Below are positions 11,276 to 20,064 of a DNA stretch of 38,894 nt, in pieces. Where the stretch lies: positions 1-38,894 of the forward strand of contig JBBSGX010000003.1 of assembly GCA_038253685.1 (NCBI GenBank), given 5' to 3'. The stretch comes from Candidatus Limnocylindrales bacterium. Lineage in GTDB: Bacteria > Chloroflexota > Limnocylindria > Limnocylindrales > CSP1-4. A model generated the notes under the pieces. It ran no database searches. It was not told where the DNA came from and saw only the letters and a program-made list of their open reading frames with translations. How positions within the stretch are numbered: the stretch's first letter is position 1; each line of letters opens with the position of its first letter. The translations under genes and the position numbers were made by a program.

Positions 11276-12019
11276 TCAGATCGTCGCCCCGGCCTCGAGC
11301 GCGACCTCGACCATCGTGTCGGTCGCCTTCTCCAGCGCGTCGAGGTCCAGGTACGTCGCCTCGGACGTCTCCTCCTCCGAGAGTGTGTCGCTGACGGTCA
11401 GGATGCACGCCGCCCGGACGTCCTTCCCGGATCCGGCGGCTCGCGAGGCGAGGAAGAACAGCGCCGCCGCTTCCATCTCGAAGCCCAGAATGCCGCGGCC
11501 CCTCCACTTGCTGACGTAGTCGGCATCGGGGTTGTAGAAGACATCGACGGTGGCGACCGGGCCGACGAACGGGCGGACGCCCTTGCGCTCGGCCGCGTCG
11601 ACCAGCGCCCGGGTGAGCCCGAAGTCGGCGGCGGGAGCGTAAGGATCGCCGTGGAGGTAGGTCGCCGTGGATCCATCGACCGGCGCTGCGGCGGTGGCAA
11701 TGATCAGGTCGGCAGTGTGGATGCCGGGCCCGATGCCGCCGGTCGTGCCGACACGAATGAAGCGCGTGACGCCCAGCATGAGGAGCTCCTCCACCACGAT
11801 CGACAGGGACGGCGTCCCCATGCCGGTCGTCTGGACGCTCACGGGATTGCCCTGGTATGTGCCTGTATAGCCGTACAGTGCGCGATGTTCGTTGACCTTG
11901 CGGGCCTTCTCCAGCCCACCGTCGAACATGGAGGCGATCCGTGTCGCGCGGTTCGGATCGCCGGGCAGTAGGACAAGCGGTGCGTAGTCGCCGGCTTCGG
12001 CGCGCAGGTGCAGGGGCAT
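11276..12019 (-). CDS. deoD: Purine nucleoside phosphorylase, DeoD-type (NP-I hexameric family)
   Basis: LLPGDPNRA, TTGMGTPS, IRVGTTGG, DVFY, FEMEAAALF, ILTVSD. Confidence 0.88.
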   Translation of the reverse strand: MPLHLRAEAGDYAPLVLLPGDPNRATRIASMFDGGLEKARKVNEHRALYGYTGTYQGNPVSVQTTGMGTPSLSIVVEELLMLGVTRFIRVGTTGGIGPGIHTADLIIATAAAPVDGSTATYLHGDPYAPAADFGLTRALVDAAERKGVRPFVGPVATVDVFYNPDADYVSKWRGRGILGFEMEAAALFFLASRAAGSGKDVRAACILTVSDTLSEEETSEATYLDLDALEKATDTMVEVALEAGATI

Positions 12020-12072
12020 CGGGAGGGCTCCTCGTCGACGTCGGATCAGATCGCCTGGGATCGCTGGGGAGT

Positions 12073-12630
12073 CTAGCGGTCGGCCGCCCGCGCGCCGAGC
12101 CGCTCGTCTGGCTCAACGGGCGACGAGCTCGCGGGCACGTCTCCGCTGGCGGAATGGGACGCAGGCCGCGCAGCACGCTCATAGACGAGGACCGTGCGCT
12201 CGAATTCGATGACCGTCTCGTCTCGCTGGTTGTAGCCGCGCGTCCGCACCCGAACGATCCCCTGCCCGGGTCTCGACCGGGACGACCGCACTTCGAGCAC
12301 GTCGCTCGAGGCGTACAGCGTGTCGCCGGCGAAGACAGGCGCAGGCAGGCGGACGCTGTCCCAGCCCAGGTTCGCGACCGCGTTCTGGCTCACATCCGGG
12401 ACGCTCAGGCCGGTTACGATCGCCAGCGTCAGGGTGCTCACGACGAGCGGCCGTCCGAATTCCGTGCGAGCCGCGTAGTCGGCGTTGATGTGGATCTGGT
12501 TGGCGTTGCACGTGAGCAGGCTGAACCAGGTGTTGTCGGTCTCGGTGATCGTCCGGCCACTCCGATGACGGTAGGTATCGCCGACCACAAAGTCCTCGAG
12601 GAATCGTCCTTCCCAGCCGTTGGTCGTCAT
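12073..12630 (-). CDS. MaoC-family (hot-dog fold) dehydratase
   Basis: GRFLEDFVVGDTYRH..GRTITETDN, NANQIH, PVFAGDTLYASS, NQRDETV. Confidence 0.92.
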   Translation of the reverse strand: MTTNGWEGRFLEDFVVGDTYRHRSGRTITETDNTWFSLLTCNANQIHINADYAARTEFGRPLVVSTLTLAIVTGLSVPDVSQNAVANLGWDSVRLPAPVFAGDTLYASSDVLEVRSSRSRPGQGIVRVRTRGYNQRDETVIEFERTVLVYERAARPASHSASGDVPASSSPVEPDERLGARAADR

Positions 12631-12634
12631 GGGT

Positions 12635-13924
12635 TCACCTTGCGCCCCGAGACGATTCCGCGGCCAGCTGTGTCGCCTCGTCGGCGGCGATCACCCCGAG
12701 ACCCAGCGCCCGGTCCGGGTCGAATCGGCCATTCGCGACGGCCCTTCGCAGAAGGGCGCGGGCATGCCGGTCGGTTGCACGGTCGGACATGACGCCGTCG
12801 ATCATGGTCGCTCCACGCCCCTCGCCCTCGGCGGCGCTGTAGGCAGCGAGCTTGGCCGCCTCAGCCTCCAGGGCCGACGGCGCGAAGGCAGCATCGAACG
12901 CCAGCAGCACCGCGAAGAGCTGAGCTGGGTGGCCGACCCACTTGCCGGTCATGCCGAGCTCGCGTGCCGTGATCGCATCGTCGTAGACAAGGCGCATCCG
13001 GGCAAGAAACCGCTCGCGGTTGGCCGCGGCGTCCAGGGACGGGTCGCTTACCGGGTAGTCGAGCGTCATGGCGTCGATGGCCGGCACACCCAGTGCCCCT
13101 GCCACCGCCACGATCTCCGCCCGGGCCCAGATCGCCAATGGGTGGTCGGTCGCGATCGTCGGCAGGCTCAGGTCGGCCGAGTAGTCTGCCAGCCCGAAGA
13201 TGAGCGCGCAGGTCCGTGAAGCAGCACGCACCGCGATCTCGGGCAGGCGGGCGGCGGCCCAACCGGACTCGATCAGGAAGGCGACGCGAACCGAGCCGTG
13301 CGCCAGGCCGAGAGCCGCCTCCGCCTGATCGAGGAGGCCGTACAACAGATCGACCTCGTCAGGGTGCTCGACCTTCGGGAAGACGATCCCATCCAGGTTG
13401 ATCTGTCCCGCCGGCGAAGCGGCCGCGACATTCCAGAGCACGGTGTACAGATCGTTGACCGTGCTACCCAACGCGAAGCCGGGGGGACGGAAGAAGCGCA
13501 GGGTGTCCGGGCCGCCGGCCGACCAGTCCGCTTCGGCCACCAGGCGTGCCGCATTGGCAAGCCCACGGGCGATGACGTCCTCGCGAAGGGCCTGCGCGTC
13601 TTCCCCGTCGAGCATCACCAGCGGCGCTCGTCGTGGCGCGTCCAGCAGTTCCTCGACCCATTCCAGGCCGATCTCGAGCCGTTCGGCCAGGTCGGCCGCG
13701 GTCACGCCGAACCGCTCGAGGATCCGCGTCATCGGCGCGGTGCCGCCCTCGATCGCCTTGCGGGCCATCACCTCGTCGCCGGCTGGCGTCGTGAAGTGCG
13801 CCGACTGGCGCAGGTAGCGCAGAGGGAGGTCGGCCCGCAGGCCCGCGAACGACAGCGAGGCCGCCTGCTGCCGCCGCCTGCCGTCGCGAATGTGGTCCTG
13901 GAGCGAGGCCTCGTCGACCGTCAC
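12635..13924 (-). CDS. HpcH/HpaI aldolase / citrate lyase beta-subunit-like (CitE/malyl-CoA lyase family) CoA-ester lyase
   Basis: MLDGEDA, GIVFPKVE, LIES, FGLADYSADL, VPAID, ARELGMTGKWVGHPAQ, GATMIDGVMSD. Confidence 0.85.
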   Translation of the reverse strand: MTVDEASLQDHIRDGRRRQQAASLSFAGLRADLPLRYLRQSAHFTTPAGDEVMARKAIEGGTAPMTRILERFGVTAADLAERLEIGLEWVEELLDAPRRAPLVMLDGEDAQALREDVIARGLANAARLVAEADWSAGGPDTLRFFRPPGFALGSTVNDLYTVLWNVAAASPAGQINLDGIVFPKVEHPDEVDLLYGLLDQAEAALGLAHGSVRVAFLIESGWAAARLPEIAVRAASRTCALIFGLADYSADLSLPTIATDHPLAIWARAEIVAVAGALGVPAIDAMTLDYPVSDPSLDAAANRERFLARMRLVYDDAITARELGMTGKWVGHPAQLFAVLLAFDAAFAPSALEAEAAKLAAYSAAEGEGRGATMIDGVMSDRATDRHARALLRRAVANGRFDPDRALGLGVIAADEATQLAAESSRGAR

Positions 13925-14009
13925 GCCGCGATCGCGATCGGGACCGCCAATGACCCACCTCCTGAGGTGGCGTTCCGTCCACGGCGGAAAGCCCGGGTCG
14001 GAAGGTACA

Positions 14010-14087
14010 ACAAACGATTGTGCGTACGCAACCTGTCTGCGGCTCGTGCTGGTCGTGTTGACAATCGTTTGTTCCTCCGCGTACGTT
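14010..14087 (+). promoter_or_regulatory. Sigma70-type promoter with two LacI-type operators
   Basis: ACAAACGATTGT 14010-14021 and ACAATCGTTTGT 14061-14072 (each one mismatch from palindrome ACAATCGATTGT); TTGACA 14058-14063, 18 nt, TACGTT 14082-14087. Confidence 0.8.
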
Positions 14088-14131
14088 CCTCGCCGTCAGG
14101 CACCGTGAACCAAGCCAGAGGGATCGCCGGC

Positions 14132-14944
14132 ATGGGGGAATTCGACGGCAAGGCAGCGCTGGTCACGGGGGGCGCGCTGGGTATCGGGCGTGGGATCGTC
14201 CGCGCCTTTGCCGCCGAAGGAGCTGGTGTTGCCATCGCGGATGTCAACGCGGAGGCAGCGGAGGTTCTGGCCGCCGAGCTTCGGGCGTCGGGCGCTGTCG
14301 CGGTTGCGGTCGTTGGCGACGTCTCGTCGTCGTCCGACGCCGCACGCATGGTGGCGGAGACCGTGGAAACCCTCGGTCGCCTTGATGTGCTCGTCAACAA
14401 CGCGGGCATCCTGCCAACCGACTGGTATTTCAGGCTGGAGGAGATGCCCGAGGAGGTATGGGACCGGATCCTGGCGGTCAACCTCAAGGGTGCCTTTCTC
14501 ATGTCGAAACATGCCCTGCCTCGAATCCGCGAGACCAACCGAGGCGGGGTCGTCGTCAACATCGCGAGCGTACAGGGGCTCCAGTCGATGCCCGGTGTGC
14601 CGGCCTATGCCGCAAGCAAGGGCGGGCTTCTTTCGCTCACCCGCAGCATGGCCCTCGACTACGCAGCCGAGGGGATCCGGGTGGTCAGTATCTGCCCGGG
14701 CACGATCGACTCGGAACTCGTTCGCGACCTGGCCCGCGCGGAAGGAGGGAACATCGAGTCGAACCTGCGACGCTATGGCTCGTTCCATCCCCTCGGCCGG
14801 ATCGGGCGGCCCGAGGACATCGCGCAGGCGGTCGTCTTCCTCGCCAGTGATCGAGCCAGTTTCATCACCGGGGAATACCTGACCGTCGACGGCGGCTTCA
14901 TGGCCAAGGGCGCATGGGCCTCGAGCGCCGGTGGCGATCCATGA
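14132..14944 (+). CDS. SDR family NAD(P)-dependent oxidoreductase
   Basis: TGGALGIG, ADVN, NNAG, ASVQG, YAASKGG, CPGTIDS. Confidence 0.95.
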   Translation: MGEFDGKAALVTGGALGIGRGIVRAFAAEGAGVAIADVNAEAAEVLAAELRASGAVAVAVVGDVSSSSDAARMVAETVETLGRLDVLVNNAGILPTDWYFRLEEMPEEVWDRILAVNLKGAFLMSKHALPRIRETNRGGVVVNIASVQGLQSMPGVPAYAASKGGLLSLTRSMALDYAAEGIRVVSICPGTIDSELVRDLARAEGGNIESNLRRYGSFHPLGRIGRPEDIAQAVVFLASDRASFITGEYLTVDGGFMAKGAWASSAGGDP

Positions 14945-16080
14945 GCACTCCGGACACCCTCGCCGCCGTCGAAGTCATGACGATCCAGGCGCAGCTTCCG
15001 GCACCGATTGTCTTCGGTGAGTGGATCATGAAGCATCGGGAGTTCGCTCTCGTCCGGGTGACCTCGAAGGCGGGCCTGCGCGGCTACGCCTACACGTTGA
15101 CGCGAGACGGGGCCGTCGCCGAGCAGATCCGCAAGACGATCGCGCAGATCTACGTGGGGACGGCCGTTGGAGAACAGGAGAAGACGTTCACCATCGCGTG
15201 GCGACGGAGCCTGGCGTCGCATGCGGCCGGGATCGGGCTCCGCGCGCTTTCGATCGTGGACCTCGCCTGCTGGGACCTCGTCGCGAAGTCGCGTGACCTC
15301 TCGATCGCCGGCCTGCTGGGTGGCACGAACCAAGCCATGCCGGCCACCGCGATCATCGGCTATCCGCCGGGCACGATGGGTCCCGAAGAGACAGGCGCGC
15401 AGACGGCCCAGCTCTACGCCTCGGGATGGCGGCGATTCAAGGCTCCGATCGCGGCCACACCCGAGCGAACCGCCGCCCGGCTGCGAGCAGCCCGCGCCGC
15501 GGCACCGGATGGCTGGCTGGGCCTCGACGCGGCCTGGGTCTACGACGACGTCGACGTCGCCTCGAGCTTCCTCAACTCGATCGCCGACGTTGGCCTTGGA
15601 TGGTTCGAGGACGTCTTTCCGCCCGGCAACGCCGGCCAGCTCCGACAACTGCGTGAACGTACGACCACGCCGATCGCGATGGGAGACGAGCAGGGCGGCA
15701 TCTACTACCCCGAGGCCCTCATCGCGCTCGAAGCGGTCGATGTTGTCCGTCTGGATCTCACCTGCATGGGAGGGATCACGCAGGGCAGGCGGATCATCGA
15801 TCAGGTTCTCGACGCCGGGCTCGAGTTTGCTCCCCACATGTTTCCGCACATCCACAGTCAGGTCCTCGGTGGGCTCGGATTCCCGGACTCACCGATCGAA
15901 TGGGGGATCCCGTTCACCGGGGTGCACCCGATGGACGACCCGCTCCCCCAGCCGACCATCGTGGCTGGTGGCCGGATGGCCGCGCTCGACGAAGCGCCGG
16001 GCTTCGGGAAGCTCGTCGACGCCGGGTGGATCCGATCCCAGCCACATCTCGATCCGGACGCCATCCTGGACGGCCTCTAG
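14941..16080 (+). CDS. Enolase superfamily, mandelate racemase subgroup (putative acid-sugar dehydratase), paralog 1
   Basis: ALSIVDLACWDL, RRFKAP, LDAAW, WFED, MGDEQ, RLDLT, APHMF, IEWG, PGFG; ATGA overlap with the upstream SDR. Confidence 0.9.
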   Translation: MSTPDTLAAVEVMTIQAQLPAPIVFGEWIMKHREFALVRVTSKAGLRGYAYTLTRDGAVAEQIRKTIAQIYVGTAVGEQEKTFTIAWRRSLASHAAGIGLRALSIVDLACWDLVAKSRDLSIAGLLGGTNQAMPATAIIGYPPGTMGPEETGAQTAQLYASGWRRFKAPIAATPERTAARLRAARAAAPDGWLGLDAAWVYDDVDVASSFLNSIADVGLGWFEDVFPPGNAGQLRQLRERTTTPIAMGDEQGGIYYPEALIALEAVDVVRLDLTCMGGITQGRRIIDQVLDAGLEFAPHMFPHIHSQVLGGLGFPDSPIEWGIPFTGVHPMDDPLPQPTIVAGGRMAALDEAPGFGKLVDAGWIRSQPHLDPDAILDGL

Positions 16081-16584
16081 GTGGGCGGTCGAGTCGAGGC
16101 GCCGGCTGGGGGGTCGCGATGGTCATTCGAGGATGCGCGGACCGGGCGCACCATCGCGCACCCCGGCGCGCGGACGATCGGTCGCGATGAGCACGTCTGG
16201 CTTGCCATGATCTCGAACAACGCGAGCGACCTGCACGCGAACGTCGAATTCGCCCGCTCGACCAGCTTCGGTGAACCGGTCGTTCTCGGCGCGTTGACGG
16301 TGGCCGTGGTCGTTGGCATGGCTGAGCCGCTCGAGTGGGCGCCGGCAGATGCCGCCTTTGCCCGCTCCAGGGGCTGGACCTCGATCCACCTGGCGGCGCC
16401 CGTATTCGGTGGCGACACCCTTCGTGCCGAGTCCCTGATCCTGTCCGTGGCAGCCCTCCCGGACGGCCGCGGAGGGACGGTTCGCAGACGGATCGTGGGC
16501 CGAAATCAGCACGCTGCGGTGGTGGCAACCATCGAGGAAGAACGCCTCGTCACGACTCGCCCTCATAGAACAAAGGATTGTTGA
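16081..16584 (+). CDS. MaoC-family dehydratase (second, divergent)
   Basis: WSFED..GRTIAH..ARTI, NNASDLHAN, FGEPVV, APVFGGDTLRAES, GRNQH. Confidence 0.85.
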   Translation: MGGRVEAPAGGSRWSFEDARTGRTIAHPGARTIGRDEHVWLAMISNNASDLHANVEFARSTSFGEPVVLGALTVAVVVGMAEPLEWAPADAAFARSRGWTSIHLAAPVFGGDTLRAESLILSVAALPDGRGGTVRRRIVGRNQHAAVVATIEEERLVTTRPHRTKDC

Positions 16585-16610
16585 CAATCGTTGGTCCCAG
16601 CGAGTAGGGT
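16570..16610 (+). promoter_or_regulatory. Sigma70-type promoter with two LacI-type operator copies upstream of the ABC transporter
   Basis: ACAAAGGATTGT 16570-16581 and ACAATCGTTGGT 16584-16595; TTGACA 16581-16586, 18 nt, TAGGGT 16605-16610. Confidence 0.78.
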
Positions 16611-16665
16611 GCCGCACGAGCGTGACCGTGCGGCTTGGCCGGGCGCTCGAAAGAGGAGGAGTGCC

Positions 16666-18231
16666 GTGGACCGCGATGCCACGCGGAGATCCGACGAGAA
16701 CATCTCGGATGCCGTGCAGGGGTTATTGGCTGGCCGGGTCAGCCGGCGTGAGTTCATGCGACGGGCAGCCATCCTTGGCCTGTCCGGCAGCGCGATAGGC
16801 GCGATCCTCGCCGCGTGCAGCGGGGCAATCCCCTCGGGCGCGGCCACGGTCGCTCCGGCCTCGGTCGCACCCGCTTCAGTCGCGCCGGCGACGGTGGCTC
16901 CCGCCTCGCTCCCACCGGCCACGGTCGCACCGTCGGCTGCCGGCGCCTACGACCCCATGAAGTACGCGGGGACCAAGCTCAGCATCCTGATGACCGGCAG
17001 CGAGAACGACCACCGGGCGCTGGGCGACAAGGTCGCGGACCTCAAGGCAGCGACGGGGATCGAGCTGACCATCAGCGCGCCGGCGCTCAACGACCTCATT
17101 CCCAAGACCGGCCAGGAACTGGCAGCTCCGCAGTCTGCCTTCGAGATCATCAACTACCTCGGGTTCCTCACGACTGGCTACATGAAGAACGACTCATTCG
17201 AGCAGCTGAACGCCTACAGGGACGACCCCACCCAAACGCCGCCGGACTGGGATTTCAATGACTTCGCGACGGCGAACCTCAACAACGTCGGCATCTTCGA
17301 TCCTGCGAGCAAGTCGATCGGCAAGGGCACCAACCTGTACGGGATCCCCGGCCTTCACAGCGGCTCGGTCGTGTACTTCTACCGGAAGGACCTGTTTGAC
17401 GCCGCGGGCCTCCAGCCCGCGAAGACGTGGGACGACTTCAAGGCCGCCGCCGTCAAGCTGAACAAGCCAGGGGAGGTCGCGGGCTGCAGCTTCATCGGGG
17501 CCAACGACTTCTCGCTGGCCACGGTTTCCTGGTATACGACCTTCCTCACCAGTGGCGGCGTTCTCATGACCGGCAGCCCTGCCACCAAGGACTTCAAGCC
17601 GAACCTCAACAGCCCCGAAGCTGTCAGCGCACTCCAGTTCCTCATCGACCTGCTGCCATACGCTCCCAAGAACGTGACCACCTACGGGTTCCCGGAGAAC
17701 GTCGACGGCTTTTCGTCGGGCAAGATCGCGCAGATGGTCTTCTGGTCGACGATCGCCGGCCCGGTATTCAATCCGGACACTTCAAAGGTCGCCGACAAGA
17801 CCGGGGTGACCCCGGTTCCGGCCGCGCCAGGCAAGACATCCCAGGCGATCCTCGGTGGCTGGGGCGTGGGGATCCCGAAGAACGCAGACCCTGCCAAGAA
17901 GGCAGCCGCGTGGCGGGCGATCACGTGGTTGACCAGCAAGGCAATGAACAACTACGAGGCGGAGAAGTACCAGATCGACGCAAGCCGGAATTCGACGTAC
18001 AACGATCCGGCGCTCGTTGCGAAGTTGCCGTACCTGCCAATCTCAGGTGCGGCGAACGCAGGAGCTCACACGATCGAGATCTCTGTGCTCGATGACTTCT
18101 TCGCCATGAATGCAGCCATGAACGTCGAGTTCAACAAGGCACTCGTCGGTGGGCAAGACGCGAAGACAGCCTGCGCCAACACCCAGACCCAGTGGGAAAC
18201 CTCGCTGCGGAAGGCCGGTGCGCTCGCCTGA
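16666..18231 (+). CDS. CUT1 carbohydrate ABC transporter substrate-binding protein, Tat-exported lipoprotein
   Basis: RBS AGGAGGAG before GTG; SRREFMRR Tat motif, lipobox LAAC; LYGIP, YFYRKDLF, KTWDDF, FSSGKIAQ, GGWGVGI. Confidence 0.93.
   Translation: MDRDATRRSDENISDAVQGLLAGRVSRREFMRRAAILGLSGSAIGAILAACSGAIPSGAATVAPASVAPASVAPATVAPASLPPATVAPSAAGAYDPMKYAGTKLSILMTGSENDHRALGDKVADLKAATGIELTISAPALNDLIPKTGQELAAPQSAFEIINYLGFLTTGYMKNDSFEQLNAYRDDPTQTPPDWDFNDFATANLNNVGIFDPASKSIGKGTNLYGIPGLHSGSVVYFYRKDLFDAAGLQPAKTWDDFKAAAVKLNKPGEVAGCSFIGANDFSLATVSWYTTFLTSGGVLMTGSPATKDFKPNLNSPEAVSALQFLIDLLPYAPKNVTTYGFPENVDGFSSGKIAQMVFWSTIAGPVFNPDTSKVADKTGVTPVPAAPGKTSQAILGGWGVGIPKNADPAKKAAAWRAITWLTSKAMNNYEAEKYQIDASRNSTYNDPALVAKLPYLPISGAANAGAHTIEISVLDDFFAMNAAMNVEFNKALVGGQDAKTACANTQTQWETSLRKAGALA
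16843..16932 (+). repeat. Coding 15-bp tandem repeat, (A-T/S-V-A-P)x6 linker
   Basis: ATVAP ASVAP ASVAP ATVAP ASLPP ATVAP just after the lipobox. Confidence 0.85.
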
Positions 18232-18332
18232 TCGGGTCGAATCGGCGCGGATCATTCTCATCGGTAGTTGAACACGGCCCCGCAGAAGGTCGTGTCCCGT
18301 TGAACCAGGGGGCGAGCAGGCCGGCGCGGTTG

Positions 18333-19205
18333 ATGTCCCGCAACAACCGTGACGTCCTGCTCCTCCTCGGTCCCTGCGTCATCTACCTCGTTGCGTTTTC
18401 GATCTTCCCGCTGCTCTACAGCCTGCGACTCTCATTCACCGACCTCGGAATCGCCAGGACCTCGGGAAACTGGATCGGCCTGGACAACTATGTCGCGATC
18501 TTCCAGGACCCGTTCTTCTGGAACGCTGCCGGCAACACCGCTGTCATGGTGGGGGCCGCCGTATTCGTTCAGGTCGTTCTTGGCGTCGCGTTGGCCCTTT
18601 TCTTCAACCTGGGTCTGCGCGGGTCCTGGTTCGTGCGCGGTGCCCTCATCCTGCCCATGCTGCTCACGCCGATCGTGGTGGGACTCATGTGGCGCGCGAT
18701 GCTCAATCCCGACTGGGGCATCGTCAACTGGGCCATCGACCGGCTGGGTCTTCCGTCCGTCAACTGGTTGGGCTCCACGGAATGGGCAATCCGGACGTTG
18801 GTCATCGCGGACACGTGGCAGTGGACGCCCTTCGTATTTCTCATCGTCTATGCCCGGCTGCAGGCGCTGCCCGAGCACGTCTTCGAGGCAGCCCAGGTCG
18901 ACGGTGCAGGACGGCTGAGCATGCTCCGGCACATCACCATGCCGCTCCTCCTGCCGGCGATCGCCTTCGCAGCCATCTTCCGAGCGATCGACGCGTTTCG
19001 CTCATTCGACCTCGTCTACGGTCTGACGTACGGCGGGCCCGCGCGCACCACGACCACGCTGAGCTTTCTCACCTATCAGCACGGGCGTGACTTCCAGCAT
19101 TACGGCTACGCGGCTGCGATCGCGTATGTGATGGTCGTCATCCTCATCGTGCTTTCCACGATCGCGCTCCGTTTCGTGCGGTTGCGCGGCCAGGAGGGCA
19201 TATGA
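18333..19205 (+). CDS. Carbohydrate ABC transporter permease (MalF-like)
   Basis: WIGLDNY, LPMLLTPIVVGLMW, DTWQWTPF, EAA loop FEAAQVDGA, LTYGGP; start uncertain (TTG 18300 possible). Confidence 0.93.
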   Translation: MSRNNRDVLLLLGPCVIYLVAFSIFPLLYSLRLSFTDLGIARTSGNWIGLDNYVAIFQDPFFWNAAGNTAVMVGAAVFVQVVLGVALALFFNLGLRGSWFVRGALILPMLLTPIVVGLMWRAMLNPDWGIVNWAIDRLGLPSVNWLGSTEWAIRTLVIADTWQWTPFVFLIVYARLQALPEHVFEAAQVDGAGRLSMLRHITMPLLLPAIAFAAIFRAIDAFRSFDLVYGLTYGGPARTTTTLSFLTYQHGRDFQHYGYAAAIAYVMVVILIVLSTIALRFVRLRGQEGI

Positions 19206-20035
19206 CGCGCGTCATCGGGAAGGTCGCGGCTTACGTTGTGCTGGCCCTCATCGCGTTCGTCGCCCTCGCCCCATTCGCCTATCTCCTCATCCTGTCATTG
19301 AAGAAACGGATCGAGATCTCGTCCGACGTGCCGCCGACCCTCTCCTTTGACTGGTCGACCATCGCCAGGAATTACACCGAGGTCATCCAGACGCAGGGGA
19401 TGCTTTCGATGGTGGGGAACTCGATCTTGGTCGTCGGCATCGCGACCCTCATCGGATTGGTCGTTGGCACGCCGGCGGCCTACGCCTTCTCACGGCTCCG
19501 GTTCCGTGGGCGCGACACGTGGGCGTCCACCATCCTGAGCTTCCGCTTCATGCCCGCCGTGGCCGTTGCCGTTCCCATCTTCCTGATGGTCACATTCATC
19601 CACCAACAGGACACCTACGTTGGTCTGATCCTGCCCTACGTGGCCTTCACGCTTCCGCTCGTCGTGTGGATCATGATCGGCTTCTTCGATGAGGTGCCGA
19701 TGGATCTCGACGACGCTGCCCTGGTGGACGGGTGCGGGCGGTTCCAGCTCCTCATGTTGGTGATGTTCCCGATCGTGCGCGGAGGGCTGGTCGTCGCCGC
19801 GATCTTCGGCGCATTGTTCGTGTGGAACGAGTTCCTGGTTGCGTTGTTCGTCATCAACTCACGCGGCCTCGAGACCGTCACCCTCGGTGCCGCCACGTTG
19901 GTGAGCGCGGATCGCCCGATCGACTGGAACATCGCGGCTGGTGTCGGAATCGTCACGATCGTCCCGATCTTCGTCTTCTCGCTGTTCATCCAGCGGTACA
20001 TCGTGCGCGGCATCACGGCCGGCGCGGTCCGCTGA
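19202..20035 (+). CDS. Carbohydrate ABC transporter permease (MalG-like)
   Basis: AAYAFSRLRF, FFDEVPMDLDDAALVDG, WNEFL, QRYIVRGITAGAVR. Confidence 0.95.
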   Translation: MTRVIGKVAAYVVLALIAFVALAPFAYLLILSLKKRIEISSDVPPTLSFDWSTIARNYTEVIQTQGMLSMVGNSILVVGIATLIGLVVGTPAAYAFSRLRFRGRDTWASTILSFRFMPAVAVAVPIFLMVTFIHQQDTYVGLILPYVAFTLPLVVWIMIGFFDEVPMDLDDAALVDGCGRFQLLMLVMFPIVRGGLVVAAIFGALFVWNEFLVALFVINSRGLETVTLGAATLVSADRPIDWNIAAGVGIVTIVPIFVFSLFIQRYIVRGITAGAVR

Positions 20036-20064
20036 CCACCCGGGAATCCAAGTCGGAGGCAGCG

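Noticed and set aside
10414-12019. LLM and deoD as part of the catabolic island (nucleoside substrate)
   Set aside because: They are co-oriented downstream of MaoC, but no operator copy or other link is visible; adjacency alone is insufficient.
13298-14131. Long N-terminal extensions of the SDR and other island ORFs in the ORF track
   Set aside because: They overlap neighbouring genes or promoters; true starts were set by domain boundaries, SD sequences and stop-start overlaps.
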